Origin: an uncultured Chloroflexia bacterium
GTDB taxonomy: Bacteria > Chloroflexota > Anaerolineae > CG2-30-64-16
Length of the DNA: 64,000 bases
Direction: 5' to 3'
Assembly: GCA_963774265.1 (NCBI GenBank)
Contig: CAVZDU010000007.1
Coordinates: 384,001 to 448,000 of the forward strand
Below are positions 62,151-64,000 of this stretch, piece by piece (position 1 is the first letter of the stretch; each line of letters starts with the position of its first letter). The position numbers were made by a program, and so were the translations under genes. Under the pieces are notes generated by a model. The model was not told the origin of the DNA. It saw only the letters and a list, made by a program, of their open reading frames with translations, and searched no databases.

Positions 62151-63740
62151 CTACAGCAGTTTGCCGGGATTCATCATCCGCGTGGGATCGAATGCCGCCA
62201 GAAGGGCGCGTAAGGCCGACATGCCGAGCGCGCCTTTTTCGTTCACCAGGTAGGCCGCGTGATCGACACCCACGCCGTGCTGGTGGCTGATGGTCCCGCC
62301 ATTGGCCAAAATGGCCTGGGTTGCCGCAGCCTTCAACTTGCGCCAGCGCGTCAACGTGACCCGTGGCTCCCCAGCAGTCCGGAAGAGGAACGTGGTATAG
62401 ACGCTCGATCCGGTCGGGTACAAGTGCGACAGGTGAGTGAAGACATGGACGCGCTCGCCCTCGTCCGACAGCCCCAGCCGGAGCGCCGCGTTGACCGCCT
62501 CCACCAGCCCCGGAATACGATCCCACGACGTCGCCGTCTCCAGCGTGTCGATGGCGTATCCCATCTCCCAGAGCGTATTTCGCAGGTAGGGCGTGCGGAA
62601 TCGCGATTTGCGCCACTCCCGGCCGAACCTCTCCCCCATGTGCACCCCTTTATGCTGCATTGCGATCCCCAGCGCCTCCTGGCGCGCCGCCTTAACGAGC
62701 TTGCTCTTTCCGCTGAACCCCAATAGCAGCATACATTTCTCGCCTGCGACGCCGCGGGCCGATAGGTATCGTTCCAGGAGGTGGATGAGCTGGGTGTGTC
62801 CGGCCAGGACCAGGGTGGTCTCAGTCTCAAGGGGCGTGCTCAGCCTGAGCATCGAGAGTGGAAGTTGCGCCTGAACGATCGCCCGGGCTGCATCGAGGCC
62901 CGCTTCGAAGGCCGGCAGGAAGACCGCATGAAAAGCCTCCGTCTCGGGCAGGGGAGTGACCCGGACCGTGGCTTCCGTGATGATCCCGGCGCGGCCCTCC
63001 GAGCCCAGCACCACCTCGCGCAGGTCCGGTCCGGCGGCCGAGGCGGGGAAGGCAGGCAGCACCAGCGGCCCGGCCGGCGTCTCCATCCGTCCGCCCGCGA
63101 ACAGCCGCTCGATGCGGCCGTAGCCCAGCGCCTGCTGCCCGGCCGAGCGGGTCGCGATCCAGCCGCCCAGGGTGGAGTATTCGAACGATTGGGGGAAGTG
63201 GCCGAGGGTGAAGCCTTCGGCGTTGAGGGCAGCCTCGAGATCCGGCCCAGACACGCCCGCGCCGAAGGTGGCGAGATGGCTTTGGGCGTCGAGCCGAATG
63301 AGCGCGTTGAGCCTGCTCAGATCGACGGTGAGCACCGGCCGCTCGTCCGCCAGCGGATTGATGTGCCCTACGACGCTTGTGCCGCCGCCGTAAGGGATGA
63401 TCGCCACACCGCTGCGACGAGCAACCTCGACCAACTCCCGCACCTCATCAGGGGTGGCTGGATACGCGACGCCATCAGGAAAGGCGCTGACCTGGCCGCT
63501 GCGCAGGTTGATCCAGTCCGATAGGCTCTGCCCCGCCGCGTGGCGGGCGCGATCCACCGGATCATCGGAGAGCAGCGGGTGCGAGGGCAGGCGGCTTTCG
63601 GGGACGGTCCTGACTACATCCTCGAAGGCTGCATCCTGGGGCGGTGCACCCGCGCCCACGCGCTCTGCGAGGTACTGCCTTGCTTTCGTATGGAGGGGAT
63701 AGTCGATGGCGTCATCGCCCCAACCATTCCAGCGCCGCAT
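62151..63740 (-). CDS. FAD-binding oxidoreductase (alkyl-DHAP synthase-like)
   Basis: MRRWNGWG, PYGGGTSVVG, GHFPQSFEYSTLGGW, SHQHGVG, MNPGKL. Confidence 0.92.
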   Translation of the reverse strand: MRRWNGWGDDAIDYPLHTKARQYLAERVGAGAPPQDAAFEDVVRTVPESRLPSHPLLSDDPVDRARHAAGQSLSDWINLRSGQVSAFPDGVAYPATPDEVRELVEVARRSGVAIIPYGGGTSVVGHINPLADERPVLTVDLSRLNALIRLDAQSHLATFGAGVSGPDLEAALNAEGFTLGHFPQSFEYSTLGGWIATRSAGQQALGYGRIERLFAGGRMETPAGPLVLPAFPASAAGPDLREVVLGSEGRAGIITEATVRVTPLPETEAFHAVFLPAFEAGLDAARAIVQAQLPLSMLRLSTPLETETTLVLAGHTQLIHLLERYLSARGVAGEKCMLLLGFSGKSKLVKAARQEALGIAMQHKGVHMGERFGREWRKSRFRTPYLRNTLWEMGYAIDTLETATSWDRIPGLVEAVNAALRLGLSDEGERVHVFTHLSHLYPTGSSVYTTFLFRTAGEPRVTLTRWRKLKAAATQAILANGGTISHQHGVGVDHAAYLVNEKGALGMSALRALLAAFDPTRMMNPGKLL

Positions 63741-63777
63741 TGCGTGCTCCTCTGCGTGGCCCAGGCGGCCGGCATTC

Positions 63778-63857
63778 AGGTGCCCGGCACTTTTGCTGGG
63801 AAAGGTGCCCGGCACTCAGTACTCAGGTGCCCGGCACTTCGAAAGTGCCGGGCACCT
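63778..63857. repeat. REP-like cluster: three direct copies and one inverted copy
   Basis: AGGTGCCCGGCACT three times, then AGTGCCGGGCACCT. Confidence 0.88.
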
Positions 63858-63875
63858 GAAGCACCTTCTCCGAGA

Positions 63876-64000
63876 TCACTCCACGATCACCACATCGCCA
63901 GTGCTGCGCCCGAACGTCTCCGGCGCATACATCTCTTCTGCCTTCGTCGGCGGAACCACAAAGCGTCCCGGTGTCGTGGCGCGGGCGATGTAGGTGTAGT
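63876..64000 (-). CDS. C-terminus of a bacterial alpha-2-macroglobulin family protein (partial)
   Basis: YTYIARATTPGRFVVPPTKAEEMYAPETFGRS...VIVE*. Confidence 0.85.
   Translation of the reverse strand, partial: YTYIARATTPGRFVVPPTKAEEMYAPETFGRSTGDVVIVE

Noticed and set aside
63778-63857. Three direct repeats with short spacers as a mini CRISPR array
   Set aside because: The 14-bp repeats and 8-11 bp spacers are too short, the last copy is inverted, no cas genes are present, and the motif is a dispersed REP

Overview
GC-rich bacterial chromosomal window, most consistent with Chloroflexota (Anaerolineae/Caldilineae-like); this is inferred from protein style (Ala/Pro-linker lipoproteins, PTAV-L surface-protein tail) and not confirmed. 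Left to right it holds: a RuBisCO-like protein cluster; a decayed tRNA and a LacI-regulated oligosaccharide ABC/GH31 island ending at tRNA-Glu; desaturase and nitrilase-like genes; the trmD-rplS-rnhB-yraN-miaA block; araD; a three-gene operon of unknown mutually paralogous proteins; an AfuABC-type ABC transporter with pfkB; an S9 peptidase and GNATs; an ISAs1 element with inverted repeats and target duplication; a LacI/Rbs-type ABC operon plus an MttB-family gene; an IS200-type TnpA in palindromic repeats; an 8-gene shikimate/Phe/Tyr operon; a NarL two-component cluster; an Lnu/ANT-like nucleotidyltransferase; an FAD oxidoreductase; and the end of an alpha-2-macroglobulin gene. Many genes carry single-base frameshifts, probably long-read errors. 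The two best leads are the operon at 23223-24997, whose three proteins share an unnamed motif, and an unannotated Phe/Tyr-rich leader-peptide attenuator (FYYYF) ahead of the aro operon.
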